Positions 40,402 through 60,266 of a stretch of 64,000 nucleotides of DNA are shown here, one piece after another (the stretch's first letter is position 1; every line of letters starts with the position of its first letter). Under the pieces are notes generated by a model that saw only the letters and a list, made by a program, of their open reading frames with translations, was not told the origin of the DNA and did no database searches. Origin of the DNA: Yuukianura sp. NJ FZ-2021 (taxonomy: Eukaryota); assembly GCA_046563655.1 (NCBI GenBank), contig CM102285.1, forward strand, positions 310,001 through 374,000, read 5' to 3'. The position numbers and the translations under genes are program-made.

Positions 40402-41014
40402 CAGTTTCAACCAATCACGAATCACTAACTGGTCAACCAATCAAGAATTTACTGCTCAACCGACACCGGAAACGACTTGACCTCCTCGGATCGGCTTGAA
40501 ACTTGAAACTTTGCGGCAGATTACAACTCTCTTAGACTTTTGAATATCTGAAGTTGTCAACTCTACTGCATCAGAGTGAAGTTTAGTCTTCTTACTGTGA
40601 CTATGACACTAATGGGCATTTGGATTGTGTAACTCGTGCTGTTGACTTGAGTGATTTGGCTGGAAGGAGAACAGTCCTCACTTGGAAGTTGTCCGATCAT
40701 CACACTTTTACGTCACACGAGAAGCCAAGAAGTTCTCATCTCAAGTCGTGTCCTTATCAACAGTGGGTGTGTTCGAGCCAGATAAAAAGAAAAAGTTGCT
40801 CAAAATTGAAGAATAACAAAGCAAAAGCCGTCAAACGAGCTTTTCATCATCAGTTTTTGACATTTTGAGGAAGAAAAACACAACAGTTGGAGCAGAGAAG
40901 GCTTTTGGTGTGGACAGAAAAGAATTCGCGCGGAAGGCGCGGATCGACGACGTTTTGAGTTAGTGTGGACAGCGGAGTGTGAAAACCGGCCTCAAGATTA
41001 TTAAATCGTTCAAA

Positions 41015-50023
<9,009 letters not shown>

Positions 50024-52539
50024 AACTTGCGTCAACAACCGCCATCGTCAACACATCGCCTAGGCTTCACTTTCCTTCAAAACTATTCAGCTCCACACAA
50101 TCGCTTCAACTTCTTTCTCTCAACGCTGGTTTACTCTAAAAGTGTACATAAACCACGCCCCACCATTCCCACCACACCAACGTCAATCACAATCTCTTAG
50201 GACCATTTTTTCAAAACTTCGCTCACACTTCCGAACAAAACCGAAACAATTTCCGAACAAAACCGAAACAATTTCCGAAAAAAACCGAAACAGTTTCCGA
50301 AACCGAGACACTTTCCGAATGTTTGGCGAAGCGACAATAGGCTCCTGAGAGGCGTAGGTTCACGCAATGTTAACCAGTCATCATCACCACCTCCTTGTCT
50401 TACTTTTAATTACAATGTAATTGTATGTAATTACACAGTAATTAGGTAATTAGGCTAAGTATTTCAGGTAATTAAGAAGTATTTCAGAAGTAATTAAGGG
50501 AAATTGCTGCTTACTAAATGTTAGGGTTTAAAGTTTAGGCTAAGACTCTTGTGTCATGTTAACTACACATAACTAGGGATCATGTGTGAGGAAGGTTGTG
50601 TTTCTCTATTCAAAGTCCTTGACCCTTGACCTTTATGGGTCAAAATGTTGACCTTGTTCATGGGTTAACATGACGTTGACCTGTTCATGGGTTCAAAGTG
50701 TTGAGCCGGAAGTGTCCCCTGTCCCCTGGAAATCCGGCAAAGAATGAGCGGCGCTGAATTTGAAAATTTTTAGTGACGAAAACGCTTTCCCGCTTTTTTT
50801 GTGGAGCTTGAAAAGCTGAAAGGTCAATGGAGTTTGCAGAAAGTTTTCTCCTGTGATTTGGTGTTGAGAGAGGGAGGGGTCAAAGGTCACGGAGAAAAGA
50901 AAACTATGATATTATTATTGTGAAGGGAGACTTTGAAACCAACAAGGCAGGGCACAAAACAAACTTGTGAGAGAGTGAATGTCGTTTTTCGAATTTTTGA
51001 AAAGTGAGCTAAAATAAGTTAGCTGCTGTTCTAAACTTGAAAATTCCATTTTTCATTTCCAAATCAGAGCTTTTTGTTTGAATTTTCCAAAGTTTGTTTT
51101 GTTCATTTCATAATTTTTAGAAAAACGTCTCTTTTCACTGCCGTTTTTCTTGTTTCTTCTTACTTTTGAATTTGAACATGTTGACGCTGCATTTTTTAAA
51201 AATGTGTAAGTGTGAATCAGTGTAAAAGAATTTTAAATTTGGGGCGTCACAAGGTTCAAAAGAAATATTTTCCTTTTAAACAAGTCGTTGACGCTTTTCG
51301 ATGAGTGTGTGTGTGACCTTTGACCTTTGAACTATTTTTTGGCTTTTGCCATGCGTCATAAAAATTGGAGTTCCAAAAACTTTAATTTTCGTTTAATATT
51401 CCTAACGTTCGTTTTTGAAAATTAAAAAGTTCTAAAATTTTACTGCTCAGTGCAAATTGGGGTCACAAACGAAAAACTGTGTGAACCGGGCTTAACGTCG
51501 ACCTTATTTTTTTTCCTCCTAGTTTTTAACCCACCGTTGCCATATTTGAGTCTGCCATACGCGTGTGCAAGAATCTGCGCGTGAAATTTGTTGCATATGG
51601 ACGTGAAATTTGTTGCGCGTATTGACCACACAGGAAATTGTACAGGTTTAGGTTTAATTTAAGAGTTTCGTGCGAATGAGTTTGTGTGGATTGTTAATTA
51701 GGTTAACCTAATCTAAATCTAACTGAAGTTAGGCTAAGATTAATATTAAATTTTAGGATTTGTAAAACTTATTCCAAAATGCTTAAGTCCAAAACTAACT
51801 AAAAAGCTTCTTCTGTTTTAAACCTTGAAAAAAACTGTTGGAGCTGAGAGTTAAAACCAAACTTTATTTGAGAAAAATTTGAACAAACTTTTTTGAAATT
51901 TCGAGCTATTTTAAGTTTGTCATCTGACGGTATACTCAATGCAACAAAACAAAAAATCGAATAAGGTTGTTTTGGATCTCATTCCAAAAAAAAATTCTTT
52001 CAAAACACTGTTTCAAAACTTAAAAAAAGTCTTTTCTAAAAATACTTTGTTGTTATACTTGTTCTTTTTTGAGTTTAAAACTTGCCTAAATGCTGTGTGT
52101 TTTTATTTATTTTTGAGTTCAAGTTTTAGAAATTATGAAAAAAGTTTCGGCTGATTTCGTTTTATGACGCTGAAGCTGAGTAACATGATAATAAGAAGGC
52201 TAAAATCATAAGAGTTTAGGTTATTTAATTAACTAAAATATAGTTAACTTAATTAAATTTAATTATAATTTAAAGTTAAAGAACTCACCAAGTTAAGGCT
52301 ATTTACTGAGATTTTTTTCCTTCTAAAAACAACAAAATTTGAGAAGCTTTGTTTGTGTTTAATAAAAAGCAAGAAAAAGGTTAAGCCTGGTGCACACTGG
52401 TGGCGAATTTTCACGCGCGGATTTTTTTTAGCTGATTCACGGAAAATATGGTTTTTTGGATTGAAATTTTAGTTTATTTGAGAAATGTTTCGAAAAACTA
52501 AGTTTATTTCGAAAAAATAAGTTTTTGAAAAAGTATTTT

Positions 52540-53571
52540 CTAGAAAATGTGATCAATGTCCTTAACCCAGTCACGGATGCGTGAAACTCCGTTGCCAGTA
52601 GAAGATGAGACTTGATCGCGAATTCGTTTGAAAAATCCGCCGCCAAGAATTTTCCCGCCTTCTTGAGATTGGAGCGCTGATTGGAGGACAGAAAAAAGTG
52701 GACCAACGGCTGGAATTTTTGTGAAACAGTCGAGAGCTACTGGATCAAAAGCATCTACGATGACGCCAAGAAGGCACGACGAAAATTCACTGTAGGTTGT
52801 GCAGTTCTTGGGGTCAAGTTTCGCTATTTGGAGATCAAAGGTCAAATTTTTTTCAAAATTTTTAAAAATTTGACGTTTCAAAATTTAATTTTCAAAAATA
52901 ACCTGAAATGTCGAGACAAGGTTGAAGAACTTCCGTTGTCATTTTTTCTCTCATCTCGACTGGAATTGCGTTTTGAGTTTTCAAGAGTGACGCCGAATTA
53001 AGGACTCCTTGTGCATCGACCTTAACAACAAAAATCGAAATTCTAAAAATTTGAAATTCTGAAAATTTTTAAATTTTGAAGAGTTCCCTCAAATTTTGAA
53101 GAGTCAAAGGAAATTGTTAACTTACAAGTTCTCTGTCTTCCAAGACACATTTGATTGTACACTGTAAGAAAAGCATGAATTTAGTGTCCTGTTAGTTTAA
53201 TACTGTTTAGATTAGTTTTAATTATATTATTTAATTAAATTATTATAATTTAATATATTTTAATTGACTTACGGCACGTTTATAAGGGTCCCTCAGCAGC
53301 CCTACGACTTCCTTCGGAACTTCTAAGTTGATTCGACTTCCGCCGTTTCCAGCGTTTTGTGCAATGCATTTAGTAGCTGATCCGACCATTTCCTGCACCA
53401 AAGTACACACTGTCCTCTCCTCCTCTGCAAACGCAGTGCCCAAAATCTGCTCAAAATTTTGAAAAAAAAAACGACTTTTTAGAAAAAAAAAAGTTGTCAA
53501 AGGTTTTGTCAAAAGGGCACAAAAATTGGACAACTTACAGTTAGAACTAAAACAACCGCAAGCTTTTCCAT
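52540..53571 (-). CDS. Odorant-binding protein (PBP/GOBP fold) with two extra Cys and a C-terminal extension, ~214 aa
   Basis: Exons 53571-53539, 53446-53273, 53161-53126, 53020-52903 and 52823-52540. Signal peptide MEKLAVVLVLTILGTAFA. Cys spacing is C1-x31-C2-x3-C3 (CTIKC)-x41-C4-x11-C5-x8-C6 (CTTYSEFSSC), with LVDAQGVLN after C3. Confidence 0.8.
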
Positions 53572-54574
53572 GATTTAAAAGAAAACGCTTTCAAAAGTTC
53601 TAATATTGAAGAAACTGAAAATTTTGAAAAATTTTGACCCAGAAACTCCAACAGTTGCAATGGAAATGAAAAACGGAAGGTAGGAAGTGAACAATTTCGG
53701 ATCCAAATCTGCACGATTTTGCATGACCTTTAAAAATCATTCAAAAAACAATGAAGTCAAAACTATCGTTCATTAAAACCCCAAAAAACTTTTCATTTTT
53801 ACTTCGTAAAACCATGACCGTGAAAAGTCTAAAATTATTGTAGTGCTTAGAACTTTAGCCAACCAACAATTTCTGACTTCCGCTTCATTAACTTTTGCAA
53901 CTCTAATTCAAAAAGTTCAGGTAAAAAAAATTGTTTTAAACAAAACCGTAACTTAAAACTAAAAAAAATTTGACGACCTAGTTCCCGGATGCCAAAATTT
54001 TTGTTAGTACTTTTGCTTTGGAAAATAAAACATTAAATTGCTCAGGTTTTTAATATTTCTAAAAACGTTAAACAATGTCAAAAAAAAATTTCAAAAAAGT
54101 GCCAATTGACAGAAAAGATGAGTTCATGTTTTTGAAGGGAATTGAAATTGCAGAAATGAAATCTGCGTGATGAATCAAAAAAAAAAGTTGAACAACAATG
54201 AGTCATGGACATTAAAAAACAAAAGAATCTAATTAGTCATTTGTCTAATTTTAATTCTTATATTCTTCTCCGACATTGCAGTTCATTCCAGTAGATCCTC
54301 ACAGTTCAGCAATTCAATAACTCCACAAATTAGCACTAATTCAACACAAGCTAACTCAACATAAAAACTTCAAAAAGTAAGTTTAATTGTAAATCTCGTA
54401 ATTGATTTTGATAAATATTTTCCAAGTAATCGTCGGCTAACTCATATTTTTCGTGAGTTAAACCTAAATACATTTGGTTGAGCAAAAAGAACATTATTTT
54501 TGAAAGATTTTTGATTACATTTTACGTTTTTTTTGTTCAAATCGTGCTGAGAATCGATTCTTGAGTAATCGTTA

Positions 54575-55526
54575 TCAGAAATCGGGACAGTGTGAGTAAT
54601 CGGGTTGTCGGTAATCGTTGTAATCGAATCCAAGGACCCTTTGAACATAGTCAAGCACATGCTGTTTCAGCGATTGTGAAATGACTTTTGATGTAGAGCG
54701 CAGACTCCATGTCACTTGCTTTTTAGCACGATATGGCCAACACTCGTACATCAACACATAAGTGTGATTGTCACTCAGGACGCCGTATTGTCTCAGTTCA
54801 CCACCTTTCCGTAAAAACGTAAATTTTTACAAAGTAAAAGCGTAAAAATTTACGGATTTATTATAATTAGGTTAGTTAGTTTTACCGCCGTCCGGAAGTT
54901 CACACGCTATGGCCAGTTTAGTTCTGTCCAGAAATCCGCATGTTTCGTCCAGCACATGCTTTTCACATCCATCGTAATAGTGAAATCGACTCTTCAGAGA
55001 TTCGCCAACAGTTAATGTTGAAGCGATGCACTGCTTTTTTCGCTTCTGACCAAGAGATTCTGCTCCTGCGCAGGAAAATGATCCTGGTTGCGGTTGCGCA
55101 GTGTCGTCAAGGTAGCCACTTAATGTCACCGGATCATGCTCAGAGTACACGAGAGGGTAGTACAGCAATTCTGTCTTGTCAGGATGCTAGATCATAAAAT
55201 TTTCAAAAATACACTTCCTAAAATTTTCGAAATTGTCAACTTTTTTTGATATTTTTGTTTTTAATGTAAGTTTTTACCCATGCCGATCGTGACACAAGTT
55301 CGTTGAATTGCGGTGGATTGCACGTTAGTTGTAAGAATTTTGGGTGGGAATGTCGAGGTGAAAATGGTGGCAATTGTGGAAGATTCAAAAAATTGTAGTT
55401 TGTTGAAGGAGGTTTAGGAGCTCCATCAGGCGGTAAATACAATTTTTCCTCTTCCTCTCCTTCGACTACATTCCAGCTTACCGTCAAAACGTAAAACCAA
55501 AGTATCAAAGTAGAAACTGCCGCCAT
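54575..55526 (-). CDS. Secreted lipocalin-like (ApoD-like) protein
   Basis: Exons 55526-55278, 55186-54886 and 54804-54575 are in frame, with a signal peptide. The C-terminal YGVLSDNHTYVLMYEC...WSLRSTSKVIS...LGFD...DYSHC resembles lipocalin SCR2/SCR3 and the terminal Cys. Confidence 0.6.
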
Positions 55527-56160
55527 TTTTTCTTTACGTTCTTGCACACGCGCCAGAACCAGAACTACCTTAGACCTTGTTCACACATCTTCTTTTTATA
55601 TTGTTGTTTTGTTTTTCTGTACAAAGGATGTTAAACATTGATGATGTCCTCATCCTACTTTTTGTTGTTTGAATTTGTAGGTAACGATTAGTCAATAATT
55701 AACATTGCAACTAGAATTTTGAGGAGTGACATTTTGAACTTGTTTCTGTGCTAAACCTAAAAAAACGAAAAGTAGACGTCCTTGCATCTGCATATGAAGA
55801 TGCGTTAGTACTTAAAAATTGTTCATTAAACTTCCCACTCATTTTGTTTTTGTTTACACAAAAATTAGCGAACTTCCTGCTCGTTCCAACCACAACTTCC
55901 TCACAATTTCCTGAATAATAAAGTTCAAAAAAAATCGTAACAAAAAGTAACATCAAAGTGGTAACTTTTTGTGTTTTTAGGAAAATTCTTGTTAAATTTT
56001 TCTAATTCTGCTTGATTTCATCTCTGAATTTCATGTGGATAACAGCGTGTGACGCTAACTTTCAAAAGGCGGGAAAATTTACCCAAAATTTAAAAAACTT
56101 TTAAATACCTAAATTGTTTGTTTTGATAATTTGTGAACAAAAAATTTAATGATCCGCTAG

Positions 56161-59100
56161 TCATCTACCGTCCACCCTCCATGACCCAGCTATCTTTTAT
56201 GATAAACCAAAACTAGTACAAGTAGATACACACAGGTTTTAATTAACTAAAAATAAATCAAATTAGATAAACCAAGAGTAGTTAATTAACTCAATTGAGT
56301 TAAGTTAGATTGTTAAAATGTCATGCAGTGAACTTTGCTGCCCATCCCTGTTTTTCCGCTGGACAACAGCTGACCAGTTCTTTTCTCTTTTCCCCACAGG
56401 GAATCACACAATTTACACTGAATTTATCACTGGACGGACTGGACAATCAATTAATTGACGTAAAGTTAACGTCCAACACTGTTACTGCAACGTATCCAGG
56501 ACGGATGTACTCTTCTGACAATCAATTTGACCTTGACTTTGTAATACGTAAGTCAAAACACAGGATTATGGAAGTTCCTGGAATTTGAAAGTCTCGTGAC
56601 CTTGAAAGGTCACAGAGCTTTGGATTTTGATTGTTAAGTTATAAGTAGGTTCAAGGTCCTTCGGAGGCTTAATTATCATCATCCAGAGAACACCCTCACA
56701 CCCCCGGGTGACCCACCCTCACATCCTGGGGTGCGGAGCAAAAACGCGGGGGAACACACCCCACTTCCCGGGGGGGGGGGCGAGAAAGTGGGGGGAATAC
56801 ACCCCCACTGCCTCGGGTGCGGGCGGCAGTGTGGGGAAAACACTCCCACTCCCCCGGAGGGGGGGGGCGGGAAAGAGGGGGGAAACCCCTCATTTCTGAG
56901 CTATTATCAGTATGCGCGGTTTACAACCGGTTTATTTCTTTGCAACAGCGCCCAGCTAGCTTTTGCCTAAATTATTTTAGTACTTCATTCTCTATTATCT
57001 TGACACTTAAGAATGGATCCAAACTCATCAGGAAAACGTCCATCGGTAGATACACGTAAGCATTTATTTTTAGCAAATGATTTAATTAAAAAGGCCTAGG
57101 TTCTGTTTAATTCTTTTGCATTATATTTCGGCAGGAGTTACGGAGATTTCAAATCAATATTTCAAATACGTTAAGCCTACCTTGTTAATTGCCCAAGAAC
57201 TTGATCAGCAAGAACAGCGAATGGAGGCTTTTATGAAATATGAGGAAGTGCTTCCGGAGTACAAGAAGTATATCGACGCTCTTTACCTAAACAGAGATGA
57301 AGATAAGATTGCTGAGGCGAAGGAAGACTTCATGAGTGAGTTACATTACATTGCGGATTCTGAAATTGGAAAATTTCTGGTTTCGTGTACTTTTTTTGAG
57401 AAATGTGAAAATTTTTGTACAAACACTACATGGACCCCTGATAACAAAAAGCAAAAAAAATTTGGCCGGAAATTTTGAAAAAAAAATTTTTTTTCAAAAT
57501 TTTGAAAAAACCTAATCTAAAACAACCTAACCTAACCTAAGCTAACCTAAAATCTAGAAACCTAAAAAAAGATTTTTTTTTTTTGAAAAATTCTTTCAGA
57601 ATCGTGTTCAGCATACTCAAATTACCCTGGAAAACGATTTTCATGCAATTCGGAGAAAAAAAATTTTGTTTCAAAATTTTGAAAAACAAATTTCGATTTT
57701 TTTTTGATTTCCGGTCAAATTTTTTTTGCTTTTTGTTATCAGGGGTACATGTAGTGTTTGTACAAAAATTTTCAGATTTTTCAAAAAAAGTACACGAAAC
57801 CAGAATTGTACCCTGAAATTTTAGGGAAATTATAAATAACTTAGTAACACTACATACTAGCAAGTAGCAACTCAACTGGTGCATCTTTTTCCCCCATGAC
57901 AGAATATCTCCAGCGTGCTGAAGAACTCAAAGAAATTCTTGAAAATACAAAGGCCGACATGTATCATATAACCATTCCAGAACTTGCTACAGGCTACCCA
58001 TATGAACGCGTATTTGGCAAATACATGGACGAGAAGGTTACCGTTGTCGAAATTTCTGAACCTTACCTCTTTAGTGATTTCCAGGTGAGTTATTTATTTC
58101 AATCTATACAAGACCCTTATGTTATGATTATTATAATCATTACTATTATTTTTCCAAATTCCAGTTCGGGAACTTAGTAGAATTTTGCCAAGTAACGCTG
58201 AAGACGTGCCCGAATTTATCATCAATCGTTTTGACTACTCGCCCCAAAAGAAATGGCTACGATGATGATCGTTTGCACATTCTGAGATCAACGGTGAAAC
58301 ATTTTGATAAGCGTCGCGTGAAGTTTTCGTGGGAATTTGATGAGACGGCACATGCTAGGAGTGTAAGGTAATTATTTTTATAAATTTTCGGGGTAAAAAT
58401 ATTTTCCGCAGGAGATATGAGACCCCACCCATAGATGGGAGTCCTCACTGTCCTCTTTGAGGAATCCTCAACAGGACAGTTTTTTTTTTCAGGAAATTGA
58501 ACAATTGAAGTTTGAGGAATTGAGGACTGAAACTTGAAAGAGGATTGAGGAATGAGTTTTTGAGGACTGTTATTTCAGATAGGATTGAGGAATTGAGGCG
58601 TTATTCATTGAGGACTCGCATCTATGATATGACCTAGGCGACGCACAAACGAAATTTACGCACTACTTCGTAATTTAACTTTTATCATTTCTCTCTCATT
58701 TCAGGTTGGATAACGGTTGGCTCATCACTTCTGACAGAGGACTTGACTACTTTCAAGAAATCGAACGTTACGACGTTTTTTATTCAGACTTTGCCAAAAG
58801 GCATTGTCGCCTTGCAAGTTTTCATAACTTTTATCATAGTCCTGTATAACCAGGGAAGTTTGTATGTATGCACAGAATAGATATGGGCCTGCCCGGGCAG
58901 GTAGTAGGGACAAGCCAATGTACCAGAGCGTAATGTGTTTTTTATGAGTGAGATTTCTTCAGATGATTAACCCCAATACAACAGCCAATCAAAGCGTCAG
59001 AGTCCGACTCTGTATATCACCATATATCAGAACACACCCCCACTCCCCCCGGGGGGAAGGCGGGAAAGTGGGGGGAACACACCGCCACCCCCCGGGGGGG

Positions 59101-59775
59101 GAGCCGGGGAAAAATCGCTTTATTGCTGAGCTATTATCATTATGTGCGGTTTACAACCGGTTTTTGCTGAGTTGAATTCGGTTCACGATGGAAGTTCAAC
59201 TACCTTCTTGCATTCCAGCAAGGTCAAACAGTCCAATCAGCCAGTTTCTGGATAGATTCTTAGCAGACGACCCAAACTTACATTTTGGTGATCCTTTTCA
59301 GAATCATCTTCAAGATACAACACCAATTCACGGTCACGGTGGAGTCAGTTTCATTACAAATCCGCCGCATGGACTTCCACACCTACAAACGTTTTAAAAT
59401 CGTTCACTTTCGGACTTTGTGTTCAGAGAATTCCTCAATTGCAGCGTCGATGACACTGTGACAAGGTCACCTCGATGTCATGAACAGTATCACCTCAAAT
59501 TGAGCCTCCAGGACGAACAGCATCAAGGTCAAGTTTCAAATCCAAACGGAAACTTAAATAGCCAAGATCAGCAGCTCCCGCTGCACCAAACTATCAAACT
59601 GGAAAAGGATTCCTATCGACTCGCTTCCTGCAACGAAAATGACAAGTGGACTCGAAATGGAGACAGCACAGCCAAACCAAAATCCAACAATTCAGGTAAG
59701 TTCTTCCATTTTTAAATGTGGCGCGTGCAAAAGTAAACACAGTTCATCATGTTTCCCATTTCTCCAGCCACTTGA
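56161..59775 (+). CDS. Uncharacterised protein (5' end unresolved); host of the nested MITD1-like gene
   Basis: Exons ~56161-56221, 56400-56547, 59219-59390, 59427-59695 and a short final exon ~59768-59775 join in consistent phases (..DLDFVI-P-RSNSPISQFLDRF..). No recognisable domain; one intron is only 36 nt. Confidence 0.45.
56674..56933 (+). repeat. GC-rich hairpin-unit array, left direct repeat of the MITD1-like cassette
   Basis: ~43-bp units GAAYACACCCC(C)ACT..cccggGG..AGTGGGGG followed by CTGAGCTATTATCAGTATGCGCGGTTTACAACCGGTTT. A shorter homolog lies at 59014-59163. Confidence 0.9.
57013..58849 (+). CDS. MITD1-like protein (MIT domain plus PLD-like MIT_C domain), ~257 aa, divergent
   Basis: Exons 57013-57055, 57135-57335, 57903-58084, 58165-58367 and 58705-58849 are in frame. 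MIT motif YLQRAEELK; MIT_C motifs ATGYPYERVF, EPYL..Q..NL..FC, LTT and H.R.V.LDNGWLI..DRGLDYF. Confidence 0.88.
57368..57812. mobile_element. MITE with long TIRs and 8-bp TSD (Merlin- or Mutator-like), in MITD1-like intron 2
   Basis: TIRs over 100 bp (GG...TTCTGGTTTCGTGTAC...CCCCTGATAACAAAAAGC and its reverse complement). CTGAAATT is duplicated at 57360-57367 and 57813-57820. Termini are GG...CC around a CCTAA-rich core. Confidence 0.85.
58430..58626. mobile_element. Small MITE with 18-bp TIR CATAGATGSGAGTCCTCA and internal TTGAGGA repeats
   Basis: CATAGATGGGAGTCCTCA and TGAGGACTCGCATCTATG pair with one mismatch. No clear TSD. It lies in MITD1-like intron 4. Confidence 0.6.
59014..59163 (+). 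repeat. Right direct repeat of the MITD1-like cassette (fewer hairpin units)
   Basis: TATCACCAT..AGAACACACCCCCACTCCCCCCGGGGGG..GGCGGGAAAGTGGGGGGAACACACC...CTGAGCTATTATCATTATGTGCGGTTTACAACCGGTTT. Confidence 0.9.
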
Positions 59776-60019
59776 CTTTACTGTTTATGATCATGTGTTG
59801 GTTAGATCGTTTAGCAAATCATCAACAATTTGCTAAACAATTCGCTTAAGGCATGATTTGATTTCCTCTACAAAAACAAACATATCCAGTAGCAAGTCAT
59901 CAATTACGTTGTTTACATTTTTGCGTTTTCATTGTTTACTTTACGCTTCACTTTCGCACTCCCTCCATCAAGCATCTTGGCTCTCTAAAACAGTATAAAA
60001 CGGTTATACTATAGTATAG

Positions 60020-60266
60020 ATGGTCGCACAGCATGTTACTATTATGAAATGGTCGCAGTCGCAGCAAAACAGAGTCCAATGGTCGCAGCAAACTGTGTGA
60101 AGTGGTCGCATCAAAACAGTGTCAAATGGTCGGAGCAAAACGGTCGCTCTTAAAATGGTCGCATGCTATTGCAAAATGGTCGTAATCGCAGCAAATATCG
60201 TAAAATGGTCATAATCGCAGCATAAAATTGTAAAATGGTCGCAGCAGTACATTGTCAAATGGTCAT
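60020..60266. repeat. Degenerate tandem array of ATGGTCGCA motifs
   Basis: About 11 (A)TGGTC(GCA) motifs spaced ~20-30 bp apart. Confidence 0.7.

Noticed and set aside
56674-56933. CRISPR-like repeat-spacer array
   Set aside because: The units are degenerate tandem hairpins whose loops resemble each other, the context is eukaryotic and there are no cas genes.
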